Part shown: piece by piece, positions 53,548-64,000 of the stretch
How positions within the stretch are numbered: the first letter of the stretch is position 1
Layout: the number at the start of each line of letters is the position of its first letter
Source of the DNA: Thelocarpon superellum
Taxonomy: Eukaryota
DNA: 64,000 nt
Direction: 5' to 3'
Assembly: GCA_026025795.1 (NCBI GenBank)
Contig: JAPEUG010000041.1
Span: forward strand, 1-64,000
Translations under genes and position numbers: made by a program
Notes under the pieces: generated by a model
What the model saw: only the letters and a program-made list of their open reading frames with translations
Database searches by the model: none
What the model was told of the DNA's origin: nothing

Positions 53548-55218
53548 CTACTGACCGGGTGATATCAGCAACCCCTTCTTCGACGCATCGTGCTCCCATC
53601 CGCCTGCGAGTGCGGTCCCCCCTTGCGCAGCTGCGTAACTCTTCATCCGCGCTTCGAGCTCGGGTCGGAAGTGGCGGATCAGGCCTTGGATTGGCCATGC
53701 GAAGGCTTCGCCCAGTGCTGTCATGTCCCCACCATCTCATCAGTATCGTGCAGGTTTCAGGATGCACCTAGGGATGGAGGGATGCGTGAGTGTGCAAAGG
53801 GGAATGTCCTCACCACAAATCGTATGTCCCTCGACCTGCTTCGTCAATTCTTGCAGCATGTCAATCTCCCGTTCGCGCGCCTGACCCCGCTCGAAGCGCT
53901 TCATCACTTGCTCCGTCCACTTGCTGCCCTCGCGACACGGCGTGCATTGGCCGCAGCTCTCGTGGCGGTAGAAGGTCGACAGGCGACTGATGCAGCGGAC
54001 CACGTCCGCGCTCTTGTCCATGACGATCACGGCCGCCGTGCCCAGACCAGACTGCGAGTCTTTGAGGGCGTCGAAATCCATCAGCTGCTCGTCGCAGATG
54101 CTCTTGGGCAGGATGGGCGTGGAGGAACCGCCGGGGATGATGGCCTGCAGGTTGTCCCACCCCCCTCGTACTCCGCCACAGTGTCGGTCGATGAGCTCGC
54201 GCAGGGGAATGCTCATCTCTTCCTCCACCGTGCACGGGTGATTGACGTGGCCCGAGATGCAAAAGAGCTTCGTGCCCGAGTTGCGTTCGCGGCCGAACGA
54301 GGCAAACCAGCCCCCTCCCCGGCGACAGATGGTCGGTGCCACGGCGATCGTTTCCACGTTGGCCACCGTCGACGGACATCCAAAGAGACCGACGGCGGCG
54401 GGGAAGGGCGGCTTGAGGCGGGGCTTGCCGGGTTTGCCCTCGAGCGATTCGATCAGTGACGTTTCCTCGCCGCAGATATACGCCTGTCATGTCTGTCAGC
54501 GAGCCCTCCGTCATCAGATCAGCAGACCCACCCCCATGCCCCGGTGGATGAAGACATCAAAGTCGTAGCCGCTCCCGCACGCATTCTGCCCGATCAAGCC
54601 GTCTTGGTAGGCCTCTTGGATGGCGCGTTGCAGCACCGTGGTCTCGTGGTAGAACTCGCCCCGGATGTAGATGTAGGCCGCGCTACAGTTCATGGCCCGT
54701 CCCGCCACCAGACAGCCCTCGACCAGCTTGTGTGGGTCCTTGCGCATGATCTCGCGGTCCTTGCACGTGCCGGGCTCGCCCTCGTCGGCATTGACCACGA
54801 GGTAGCGGGGGGTGGTGCCCTGCTCCCAGCCCTTGGGGTTCATGAACGACCACTTCATCCCGGCGGGAAAGCCCGCGCCGCCTCGTCCGCGCAGGCCCGA
54901 GGCCTTGATCTCCGAGATGATCCAATCATGTCCCTTGGCGAGGATCTCCTTGGTCTGGTGCCAATCGCCGTATTTCTTGGCGCTCTTCAGGTCGGTGCCG
55001 TGGTGACCGTACAGGTTCTGGAAGATGCGGTCTTGGTCCTTGAGGCCGCCAAAGTGGGTGCGTTTCGGCGGTCCATCTTGCACCGTGGCGAGGGATCGGG
55101 TGGCCGTCGGCGACCGGCGCGAGGAAGTGCCCGCGACCGAGGTGGAGGGGAGGACGCGAAGGGGACCGGCGGTCAGTGTCCGCGACGCAGTCGACACCGT
55201 CTGAGGACGGGCAATCAT
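53548..55218 (-). CDS. nuo51: NADH:ubiquinone oxidoreductase 51 kDa subunit (NDUFV1/NuoF); exons 55218-54532, 54483-53814, 53717-53548
   Basis: Mitochondrial presequence, [67 protein letters not shown]-terminal LISPGQ. Confidence 0.96.
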
Positions 55219-55404
55219 CGTGATGAGGTGCCGCGGGACACGTCAGGTGTGATGCAATACACCTCGAATCGCCCGGGAGTCGAGCCGTCGATCTTCGATG
55301 GTGAGGACGAGCGTGGAGGTCGATCCTCATCATCGACTTTGTGGAACAGTTGATTGGTGGCGTCGTCGGCTAGCAATGCACTAGGCGTAGGACTGTGTTA
55401 GAAG

Positions 55405-55947
55405 TAGTAGCTGCACGGCCCCGCCACGTGACCTAGCACAGTAGTGGAGCAGCTCAGGCCCCGGGGACTGAGACTGCACAGTCATTCGACAGGCCTATCG
55501 CTGCTGGCCTCCCTATCCGACCACGCGAGCGTCGTGAGTGGAATAGTAGCTGCGCGGCCCCAGCACGTGACTTAGCATGGTAGTGGAGCAGCGCTGGCCC
55601 CGGGGACTACGACCCTACAATCAATCAATGGGCCTATCGCTGCTGGTCCTCCTACCCGGTCGCGCGAGCGCGGTAACACGTCGCAACCGACTGCACACTA
55701 CGGGAGACGAGGTGGACCACGCTGACCTCCGTCAACAAATCTTCTCGAAGAGGCTGGCGACGAGTGGAGACTGAGCTAACGAACAATCAGGTACAACCAG
55801 CGCAAGCCGAGGTCCATTGACTTGGTGGGCGACTATGCCGGACAAGAGCTCTTCTTAGTCCTTCTACCCGATCGCGCGAGCGCTGTGACACGTCACAACC
55901 GACTGCAGACTACGGGAGACGAGGTGGACCACGCTGACCTCCGTCAA
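55405..55947. repeat. Nested diverged segmental duplications in the nuo51/dynactin p27 divergent promoter
   Basis: 55405-55531 resembles 55544-55670 (139-nt period); 55646-55735 resembles 55858-55947 (last 39 nt identical). Confidence 0.9.
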
Positions 55948-56081
55948 GCTCCCTCCCCGCCGCGAAAGTCCCGGTGCTCGTCCTCCGAGAGTACTCGTAC
56001 AGCCGAAGGCGTCCTCGCGTGACGGGAGAGCTCGTCGTAGTGTGAGAGCGGAAAGGACAGATGGAAAGAGAATGAGCAGCA

Positions 56082-56766
56082 ATGGCCGCGACCAAACGAG
56101 CCTCCACCATCCCCACGGGCCCCAAACCACCGACGACCATCGCGGCCACTGCCATCATCGCCGAGCACGCCAACCTCACTGGCACGCACCGCATCACGGT
56201 GGGGGACAACACGGTGCTGCATCCGCGGGCCAAGATCAGCTCCGTCGTCGCACCTGTCACCATCGGCCAGGGATGCATCATCTGTGAGCGGACGGTGGTG
56301 GGGATGAGGGGGGACGCCGCTGAGGGTGCTGGCGCTGGTACTGGCACCGTCATCGAAGACGCCGTGCAGATCGAGGCCGGCGTCGTGGTGGAAGCGAGCC
56401 GCGTGGGCAAGGGCAGCGTGATTGAAGTCAAGGCGCGGATAGGCCGGGGGGCAGTCTTAGGCCAGGTGGGTTTGTGGGAAAGGATTCATCTTGAAAGACA
56501 CCTGTTTCACTTCCATTGCTACCATCTCCCGAGGAGGACAAATGACTGACGGTACCCCGCGATAGCACTGCAAGATTGGCCCCCTATGCGAGGTGGCCCC
56601 CCACGAGGTCCTGCCCGATCACACCATCCTCTACGGCACGGGCCAGCGACGGATCGACCGCTCGGGCACCGACGAGCGACGCGTGGCCGCGGCCGCACGA
56701 CACGTGGAGGCGCTGCGGAAATTGATCCCGTCACATTTGGCCAAGTGGGCCTCGTCGGAGGCATGA
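56082..56766 (+). CDS. DCTN6: Dynactin p27 subunit (DCTN6-like, left-handed beta-helix); exons 56082-56465, 56566-56766
   Basis: Hexapeptide repeats, ITVGDNTVLHPRAKI....PVTIGQGCIICE, HCKIGPLCEV...EVLPDHTILYG, C-terminal LRKLIPS. Confidence 0.8.
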
Positions 56767-57006
56767 TACGGCTACGCACCGTTATGTCGGAGAGCCAGGG
56801 ATCAGGCACGGAAGGGATGGGTCCCTTTGTGGACGGCGCATGAGAGGACTGGAGGTGGAGACGGGAGATACCCCGAGTGTCAGGGGCAACATAGCAGCCG
56901 GCCTGCGCTCACGCAGCAACGGGCCAAGCAGCACCACATCATAGAATCCATGAACCAGTCCGGCCCAGTCCACCGTGCGCACGAGACCAGAAGAGCAACA
57001 GTGAGA

Positions 57007-57066
57007 GGAAAGGAAAGGAAAGGAAAGGAAAGGAAAGGAAAGGAAAGGAAAGGAAAGGAAAGAAAA
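57007..57066 (+). repeat. (GGAAA)n pentamer microsatellite, ~11-12 copies
   Basis: Directly visible, just past the MLP1 stop. Confidence 0.95.
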
Positions 57067-57103
57067 GGGAAAAGAGAAGGAATGCCCTATCTACAAACAT
57101 GCT

Positions 57104-60100
57104 TCATTTGCCACCTCCGCCGCGAACCCGCTTCCCCGTGTTCCCTGTATCACCGCTCTCCTCCTGGCCATCTTCACGCGGCCGTTTGTGACCGCCCGGG
57201 ACGAACTGGCGGGCGCCGACGTTCAACCCGCCGCGTCCGGCTGGACTGTGTGGTCGGGATCCGGGTCCTGGTGGTGGCACGTTCGTCTGCACGTTGGGTG
57301 CGCTTCCTCCCCGTCCAGCGCCGCCTTGGCCGCGCCCGCGGCCGCCCGGGCCCCCTCGTGGAAGGTTGGAGCCGCCGCCTCGTGCGGTCTGGGTGGCGGG
57401 TGCGTTGGCCACGGGCGCTGGCGCTGCGGCACCGCCTCGACCACCGCGTCCACCGCGGCCGGCGGCACCGCCGCCACGCGGAATGGCCGATGGCGCCTGC
57501 CCCATGAGACTCCGGAGCGCGCCCGGCCCCGTGCCGGCGTTGGCAGCGTGCGAACCGGGGGCAGGCTTGGCCGGTAGCGTAGATGGCTTTGCGCTTGCTC
57601 CGCTTGCTCCGCTTGCCGACAGTGGAGGCACCGACGCTGGCTGGTGATTGGTCGACGGCGGCACGATCGCGTGGATTGGCGTCGGTTGGCCAAAGACACT
57701 GGCCACCGCGGCCGGGGCCGGCGCAAAGGTGGGCGTGGGCGCGGGCCCGTTCGTTGGCGGCGCAGGTACGGTGGCGGCCGGTGGCATACCCGCGGGACCG
57801 AACGGTGGCGCTGTGGCCGCCGCCGCAGGCGTGGGGACGGGCGCGGGTGCGGGTGCGGGTGCGGGCGCGGGCGCGGGCGCGGGCGGCGGCTTGGCCGCCT
57901 TGGCAATCTCCCACACCTCACCCACCGGTCGTTGCGGCGTCTCCGAGGCGGCCCGTTGCACAATCTCCACCTTGACCACCAGCGTGCGCGCCTTGCCCTC
58001 GGCCATGCTGAGCTTCACCTTCTGTCGCTGCTCCGCCATGGCAATGGCTTGCTCTTTCTCCTTCTCCGCCTTGCTCTGCGCCTCCTTGACCCTTTCCTGC
58101 GCCACCGAGTCCTGCTCCTCCCGTAGCTTCTTCGTTTGCGTCGCGATGTTGTTGCGGATGATGCTCTTCAGCGTCGCGTTGCTGCCCACCAGCTCCCGCG
58201 CCTGCGCATCCGAGAGCACCCACTGCGACACGGGAGTCTCCGACGGCTCGGCCTTGACCGCGGCCGCGGTGGCGGGAGCGGTCGTCGCCGGCTGGGAGGC
58301 GGACACGCGCGCCGTGACCCGGCCGAGCTCTTCCGCGTGCGCCGCCTGCACGCGCTGCGCCTCGGCCTGGTGGGTGGCCGTCAGCGCGTCGAGTGCGGCC
58401 TGATGCTCGGCCTCCAGCTGTTGTCGGGTCTGCTCGCGCATCTGCTCCTTGGACTTCTTCAGTTGCTCGTTCAGCTGCGTGCGCATGCTGTCCGTCTTGC
58501 GCTTGTACTGCTCCTCTGCCAGCTTGACCCGCTCCGCGTGTCGGGCCTCGAGCGTCGCCTTGATGCCCTCCACCTGCTCGAGCACCGTCTGTCGCGTCTC
58601 GTCGTCCACCGGCGTCTGATCGAGGGCCGCGCTCACGTCGGCCGAGGTCTTGAGCGTCTCCACCTCCTGCTGTGCCTGGGCAAGATCCGCGCGGAGACGC
58701 TCCAGGTGCGCCGCCGCCTCGGCGTCGTGCGTCTCGGCGGCTTGGGTATGTGACATCTGGAGTTGCTGCACTTGCGCCTGAGCCTCGGTCAATCGTCGCG
58801 CCAGATCATCCTGCGTCTTCGTTAGCGGGCGTGATCTATTCATGGTGGCAGGAGCGCTCACCCGTTCCTCTTCGACCTCGGTCAACCGAGCCTGGAGCGT
58901 GGCCAACGCCGCTTCGGCCGTGTTGGCCCGGGCCTCGGCTGCGGCCTCGGCCGCCTTGGTGTCCATGGATGGATCCATCACGACCGCGCTGACGGCGGGC
59001 GCCGCCGCGGGAGTGATTGCCGCTTCGGCCGACGGTGCGGCGGGGTCGGGCATGGCGACGTCCGCGTCGGCGGTCGGATCGCGCCCGGGGCCGGCGAGGG
59101 CCTGGTCGCGCTCGGCCTGGGCTGCGGCCAGGGCGGTGCGCAAGCTGACCAGCTCGGCCTCGAGCGAGGCCTTGTCGTTCGTCAGGGCCTGGCACTCGGC
59201 CGTCTTCTCGTTCTTGGCTTGCACCAGCGCGCGTGATCGCTCCTTGAACTGGTTCTTCATCTTCTCGCGCCCCTCGCTCCACTGGGCCGCTACCTCCTCC
59301 TGCGCCTGGCGGATCTGGTCCGGGATGGATGCGACCTGCGCCTGCAGTGGCGCCCAGGTGGCCTGCTCCGCCCGCAGCTCGTCCCGCGTCGTCTCTAATC
59401 CGGCGAGCTGCTCCTTGAGCGCCTCCATCTCGGCCGGGTCGACGCGGTCGTACTTCTGCAGGATGTGCTGGTTGCGCTGCTGGTACCGGTCGCGATCCTC
59501 CTTCAGCAGCCGCATCTCCCCCAGCTGCGTCTCCTTCTCGTTCTCCAGCGTGAGGATGGTGGCCCGCAGCGGCTCCATCTGCGCCACCAGCGCCTCCACC
59601 TCCCGGCTCTTCTCCGCCAGCGCCGCCTGCGCCTGGCGCGCCTCGTGACGCAGGGTGACGGTGCTCTCGCGGTAGAGGTTCAGCTCGTTGATCTTCTCCA
59701 CCAGCTCGCTGTGCGTCATGTTCTGGCGCTGCTCATCGGCCTGCGCGTGGCGCGTCTGATCGAGCTTGAGCCGGGTGTCGTCGAGCTGCGACTGGGTGTA
59801 GTCGAGCTGCTGCTTGAGCCGCTTGGCCTCGCGCGTCGAGAGGTCCAGCTGCACGTCGACAATGTCCTTGCTCTCGCGGATGTAGCGCACCAGCTCCCGC
59901 AGCTCCTCCGCCGACCGATCCGTCGCCACGCCCGTCGTCGGGCCCGCGGCGTCGTCGCCTTGGCCGTCGCCGTCGCCGTCGCCATCGCCATCGCCCTCGG
60001 CGTCGGGAAAAGCGGCGCGGTGCTGCTGCAACGCGCTGACCTGGCCACTGAGGTGGTCGAGCTGTTGGTGCAGCAGCTTGTTCTGCGCGTCCACGTTGTC

Positions 60101-63100
60101 GCCTCGCACCCGCAGCTCGGCCATCTCGCGCTCGTACCGGTCCTTGCGTTCCTCCCAGCTGAGCTCGCCCTGGCGGAGGGCCGTCTGCGCCACCTCGACC
60201 TCGGTGCGCAGGCCGACGACCTCGCTCTTCAGCTCGTGGTAGTCGGCGCGGGCGGTCTGCAGCGCCTTGGCCGCCTCGGCGTGCTTGAGCAGCTCGTTCT
60301 CGTAGTTCTGCTGCGCCTGTCGCGCGATCTCGGCCTGCGCCTTGACGTACTCTTGATTGAATTGCGCCGCCGTGGCATGACGCTCGTCTTCCGTCTTGAG
60401 CCGGACGATCTCGGCTTCCAGTGTGGCCTTGTGCTCGTCGACCTGTCGGAGCTGCTCGGCCTGCATGTCGCGCACGGCGGCGAGGTCGCGGTGGGCCGTG
60501 GCCAGCTCGGTCGTGACATCCTCGACTCGGTGCTCGAGGTCGCGGATGCGGGCGTCGCGGCTCTCGACGACGCGATCCGTGTCCTCGCGATACTGCTCGT
60601 GCGTGTGCAGCTCCTCCTCAAGCGACTCCCCGATGGCCTTGAATTGCGCGATCTGGATCGTTTTGGTGTCGAGCTCGCGTCGGGCCACGTCGAGCTCTTC
60701 GCGCACGTCAGCGAGGTCTTGTGCGAGCTCGTCCTCCCGGCTCACGGCCGCCTCCTCGTCCTCCTCTGCCTCCTCGGTGGGCGGGGCCGGCGTGGCGTCG
60801 GATGTGGGGGCCGCGGGCGCGGGCGCGCGGGGGGTCGGCCGTGGCGCCAGCTGCTGGGCGCGTTCTTCGGCACTCTTGAGCGCGACGGAGAGCTCGTCGA
60901 CGCGGGCCTGGAGCAGATCCTTGGTCGTCTTGGCCGCGACCAGCTCCTCGCGTACCGCGCCGAGGTTGGCGCGCAGGTCGTCGATGGTCTTGCGCGCCTG
61001 CGTGGCGTCGTAGTCGTGGCGCAGCGTGGCCTTCTTGCCGTCGTCGACCTCGTCCGCCAGCTGGCGTCGCGTGGCCTGCAGCTCGGTCTCGAGAGCCTCC
61101 AGCTGGCCGTGCAGCTTGCGCCGGCTCTCGGCGTCGGCCAGCTCGCGCTCGTTCTGCAGATTCTGCATGCTGGCGATCATGCGGTTCAAGCGGGCGCGCT
61201 CGCTGGTCAGGTTCTCGTGGTCGTCGGTCAGACGCTGCTCGATGCGCTTCCAGAGTTCCTTCTCCGCCTTGAGGTTGGCCGTCTCGTTGCGCATGCCGTC
61301 GACGACGGCCTTGGCCTCGATCAGCTCCTCGGCCACCTGCTGGGTGCGCATGTCCTGCTTGGCCGCGCCCTCGGCCAGGGCGTGCGAGCGCTTCTGCAGC
61401 TCCGCGTTCTCCGTCTTGAGCATGTCGTAGTTGGCCTGCAGCATCTCGTAGCGCTCGCGCGCCAGCGTAACCTGGCTGTGGGTGCGTGCCACCTCGGCCT
61501 GCAGCTCGCCCTTATCGTGCGCCAGCCGCTCGCTCTGCTCCTTGAGGGCGCGGTGGTCGGTCATGGCCTCCTCCCGGTAGGCATCGAAGTGCTGCTGCAT
61601 CTCCTTGAGTACACGGCCGAGATCGGCGGCGTCCTTGGCGCCGGGGGAGGCCTCGGTGGAGACGACGGAGCCGGCGCGGTGCGGCGTCACGGGGGTGCTG
61701 CCGTCGACCGACTGGCCGAAGAGGCTGGTGAGGTCGGCGTGGGGCGGCAGCGGGCCGCGATGCTGCAACATGCGTCGGAACATGTCGCGCTCCTTGACGT
61801 AGCTCTGCGACTTGACGACCATGGTCTTCATCTCGTCCTTGTACCGCTCCACCTTGCCGCGCAGCGTCTGCAGCTCCGCGCGATCCTGCAAGTTCTGGTC
61901 CTGTTGCTTGCGGGCCTCGGCGCCCTCGAGGCTGTCGCCGAGCTCACGGGTGATCTTGAGCAGGCTCAGGTTCTGCTCCTGCAGCTCCTGGATGTTCTTG
62001 AACACGGTGAGTCGCTGGCTGATCAGCTGGCCGGTGGCGGTCAAGCCCTCGAGCGCGGCGGCGTCGAGGTCGCCGCGGGCCAGCTGCTCGAGCTGGCGCT
62101 GGGCGGCGGGGTCCAAGGGGTCAAGACCCTCGTCGCGCGCGTGCACCTCGCTCAGGAGCACCTTGACCTGGGCGCTGAGGTCGCGCAGCTGCTGGCGCAG
62201 CACTTCGCCCTCGCGCCGCTGGCCCTCGACCTGGCCACCCCACTTGCGCGCGTCCCTCTTGGCCTTGTCGCGCTCCCTGCCAATCTCCTCCAGCAGGGCG
62301 GTCATCTCGACGACCTCGGACTCGAGGCGCTCGTGCTCCTGGCGCATCTCCTGGATCTCGGGCTGTTTGGATTCGAGGTCGCGGATCATCTCGTCGATGG
62401 TGGCGCTGAGCTTCTCGTTGCGGCGTCGCTCGCGTTCCAGCTCGGCCTGGACGCTGCTGTAGTCGCTGTACATCTGCGTGAGACTGAGGCCGCCCTTGAG
62501 CCGGCCGGAGGCGGGGGACATGGCGGCGTCGCGGCCGGGGGTGCCGGGAGTACCGACGCCGTTAGTGTCGCGGCCGGGGGTGCCCGCGACCGAGGGCTGG
62601 CGGCGCAGGGTGTCGAGGTCGGCTTCGGCGCGCTCGAGTTGCACCTCGAGCTCGGTGAGGCGGCGCTCGGCATTGTCGCGCTCGGCGCGCTCCGTCTCGA
62701 CTTGGGCGTGCGCGTGCGCGAGGTCGTCGGCCGCATCCTCCTTGGCCTGGTCGAGGCTGGCCTGGACCTCCTTCAGGCGCTCGCGCGCCGTCTGGGCGGA
62801 GCTTTCCAGCAGATGGGCCAGGCGCTGGGAGGCCTCGAGCTCCTTGCGGAAGGACTCCTGCTCCTTGGCCGCGTCTTCCTGCAGCCGCTGGACCTTGGCA
62901 AAGGCGTCGTCGGCCTTCTGTCCGACTTGCTCGAGGCGGGCGCGTAAGGTGGTCTCGGTGCGACGCAGGGCGTCGACGGTGGCGTTGGCCTCGTCATTCT
63001 GGCGTTGCAGCTCGGCGATGCGGGCGCCCTTCTCCTTGCGGTGCTTGACCAGCTCGGCGGTCTTGGCCTTGAGCTCGCTGTCGAGGTAGTCGTTGCTGCG

Positions 63101-63709
63101 CTGGACCAGCTCCATCTCCTGCTGCAGGCTGGCCTCGCGGAACTTGGTGGTGGTGGAGGCGGCGCTGGCTTGCTGGAGCGACTGCTCCACGGTGGACAGC
63201 TCCCTGCGCAGGTCGACGCTCTTCTGGTGTTGGGCGGCGAGGTCCTCGGCGAGCTTGTCGTGGGCCGTGGTCTTGGCCTCCAACAGGGCGACGGTGTCGC
63301 GGCCGGACGACTCGAGCGAGGCGATGCGGGCGCGGAGCGATTGGACGTCGGCGTGCGAGGTGGCGGTGGAGGAGCGGACGGCCTGGAGCTCGGCCTCGAG
63401 GGTCGAGCGGGCGTTCTGGGCGTCGGTGAGCTGTCGCCGGAGCTCGGCCACGTCTTTCAGGGCCTTGTCGACGCTGGCCTTGAGCCCGCGGGTGCGGGCG
63501 TCGGCGGAACGCACGGCATTCTCCAGCTCGACGTCGACGCGGAGCTTGTCGGCCTTGGTCTCGTCATGCTCACGCGCCTTGGCGGCGACGGCCTGGAGGA
63601 CGGCATGGACGAGGTCGATGGTAGGGGCGTCGACGATGGTGGTGAGAGTCGACGGAGGGAGGGCGAGGTAGGTCGAGAGGTAGGCGGTGTCGATGACGGC
63701 GGCCGCCAT
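57104..63709 (-). CDS. MLP1: Nuclear basket coiled-coil protein Mlp1/TPR (~2180 aa); probable in-frame intron 58861-58811
   Basis: Long heptad coiled coil with SLTQMYSDY, ISQRLTVFKNIQELQEQN..LL...REL, AQQNYENELLKHAEAA, NKLLHQQL, INELNLYRES..TLR, ILQKYDRVDPAE, and an RGG/NLS-like tail (KRPREDG...KRVRGGG). Confidence 0.92.
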   Translation of the reverse strand: MAAAVIDTAYLSTYLALPPSTLTTIVDAPTIDLVHAVLQAVAAKAREHDETKADKLRVDVELENAVRSADARTRGLKASVDKALKDVAELRRQLTDAQNARSTLEAELQAVRSSTATSHADVQSLRARIASLESSGRDTVALLEAKTTAHDKLAEDLAAQHQKSVDLRRELSTVEQSLQQASAASTTTKFREASLQQEMELVQRSNDYLDSELKAKTAELVKHRKEKGARIAELQRQNDEANATVDALRRTETTLRARLEQVGQKADDAFAKVQRLQEDAAKEQESFRKELEASQRLAHLLESSAQTARERLKEVQASLDQAKEDAADDLAHAHAQVETERAERDNAERRLTELEVQLERAEADLDTLRRQPSVAGTPGRDTNGVGTPGTPGRDAAMSPASGRLKGGLSLTQMYSDYSSVQAELERERRRNEKLSATIDEMIRDLESKQPEIQEMRQEHERLESEVVEMTALLEEIGRERDKAKRDARKWGGQVEGQRREGEVLRQQLRDLSAQVKVLLSEVHARDEGLDPLDPAAQRQLEQLARGDLDAAALEGLTATGQLISQRLTVFKNIQELQEQNLSLLKITRELGDSLEGAEARKQQDQNLQDRAELQTLRGKVERYKDEMKTMVVKSQSYVKERDMFRRMLQHRGPLPPHADLTSLFGQSVDGSTPVTPHRAGSVVSTEASPGAKDAADLGRVLKEMQQHFDAYREEAMTDHRALKEQSERLAHDKGELQAEVARTHSQVTLARERYEMLQANYDMLKTENAELQKRSHALAEGAAKQDMRTQQVAEELIEAKAVVDGMRNETANLKAEKELWKRIEQRLTDDHENLTSERARLNRMIASMQNLQNERELADAESRRKLHGQLEALETELQATRRQLADEVDDGKKATLRHDYDATQARKTIDDLRANLGAVREELVAAKTTKDLLQARVDELSVALKSAEERAQQLAPRPTPRAPAPAAPTSDATPAPPTEEAEEDEEAAVSREDELAQDLADVREELDVARRELDTKTIQIAQFKAIGESLEEELHTHEQYREDTDRVVESRDARIRDLEHRVEDVTTELATAHRDLAAVRDMQAEQLRQVDEHKATLEAEIVRLKTEDERHATAAQFNQEYVKAQAEIARQAQQNYENELLKHAEAAKALQTARADYHELKSEVVGLRTEVEVAQTALRQGELSWEERKDRYEREMAELRVRGDNVDAQNKLLHQQLDHLSGQVSALQQHRAAFPDAEGDGDGDGDGDGQGDDAAGPTTGVATDRSAEELRELVRYIRESKDIVDVQLDLSTREAKRLKQQLDYTQSQLDDTRLKLDQTRHAQADEQRQNMTHSELVEKINELNLYRESTVTLRHEARQAQAALAEKSREVEALVAQMEPLRATILTLENEKETQLGEMRLLKEDRDRYQQRNQHILQKYDRVDPAEMEALKEQLAGLETTRDELRAEQATWAPLQAQVASIPDQIRQAQEEVAAQWSEGREKMKNQFKERSRALVQAKNEKTAECQALTNDKASLEAELVSLRTALAAAQAERDQALAGPGRDPTADADVAMPDPAAPSAEAAITPAAAPAVSAVVMDPSMDTKAAEAAAEARANTAEAALATLQARLTEVEEERVSAPATMNRSRPLTKTQDDLARRLTEAQAQVQQLQMSHTQAAETHDAEAAAHLERLRADLAQAQQEVETLKTSADVSAALDQTPVDDETRQTVLEQVEGIKATLEARHAERVKLAEEQYKRKTDSMRTQLNEQLKKSKEQMREQTRQQLEAEHQAALDALTATHQAEAQRVQAAHAEELGRVTARVSASQPATTAPATAAAVKAEPSETPVSQWVLSDAQARELVGSNATLKSIIRNNIATQTKKLREEQDSVAQERVKEAQSKAEKEKEQAIAMAEQRQKVKLSMAEGKARTLVVKVEIVQRAASETPQRPVGEVWEIAKAAKPPPAPAPAPAPAPAPAPVPTPAAAATAPPFGPAGMPPAATVPAPPTNGPAPTPTFAPAPAAVASVFGQPTPIHAIVPPSTNHQPASVPPLSASGASGASAKPSTLPAKPAPGSHAANAGTGPGALRSLMGQAPSAIPRGGGAAGRGGRGGRGGAAAPAPVANAPATQTARGGGSNLPRGGPGGRGRGQGGAGRGGSAPNVQTNVPPPGPGSRPHSPAGRGGLNVGARQFVPGGHKRPREDGQEESGDTGNTGKRVRGGGGK

Positions 63710-64000
63710 GATGACGGGCCCGCGACCGGTCACAGCACCCTTCTCTAGGGAGATGCCCGGAGATCGGTTGGAGTGAGAGCCCGCGACCCTACTCCATCAC
63801 CTCACCACGGACGCGCTGGAGATCGACGGCATCCGCGAGGGTGATGCGGCTCTTTCGCTCCGCTTGGTGGGTTGGGGGTTGTGAAGCTTGTGAGCGTTGT
63901 GAGCGTCTTGATCGTCGGAAGTGTGTCGTGAGCGTCGTGAGTGTCGTGAGTTGGGCGTTCCCTCCGATGGATGGGGCGGAGATGGGCACCAGCCGAGGTA

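Noticed and set aside
55697..55947. 39-nt identical repeats, and other tandem arrays, as CRISPR
   Set aside because: Eukaryotic locus, only two copies, no spacer series and no cas genes.
59465..62947. 1160-aa plus-strand ORF antisense to MLP1
   Set aside because: Shadow ORF. High GC and the codon bias of the sense gene remove antisense stops, and the translation has no recognisable domain.

Overview
GC-rich, intron-containing DNA from a filamentous ascomycete (Pezizomycotina; exact taxon not determinable here). I reconstructed 17 gene models by hand, most of them spliced, from GT..AG sites, CTRAC-type branch points and frame continuity. Recognisable genes: a YTH-domain RNA-binding protein, GPI18/PIG-V, BLM10/PA200, NCS6/CTU1, RPL8 (eL8/L7a), VPS60, a SIT4-associated SAPS protein, a PHD-MYST acetyltransferase (SAS3-like), velvet vosA, SRP40, a SEC3-derived gene, complex I 51 kDa subunit, dynactin p27 and MLP1/TPR. 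Unassigned genes: one hypothetical protein, one spliced orphan and a secreted LP(T/S)(G/D)-repeat protein. No rRNA, tRNA, CRISPR array or transposase was seen. Most notable: (1) an intact but C-terminally truncated 'mini-Sec3' (PH domain plus CorEx coiled coil, no Sec3_C rod); (2) a highly structured, possibly two-state RNA element in RPL8 intron 1; (3) the secreted Leu/Pro/Gly/Thr/Ser repeat protein; (4) an unusually long SAPS intron that gives two alternative C-termini. Gene identities come from recognising motifs by eye, not from database searches.
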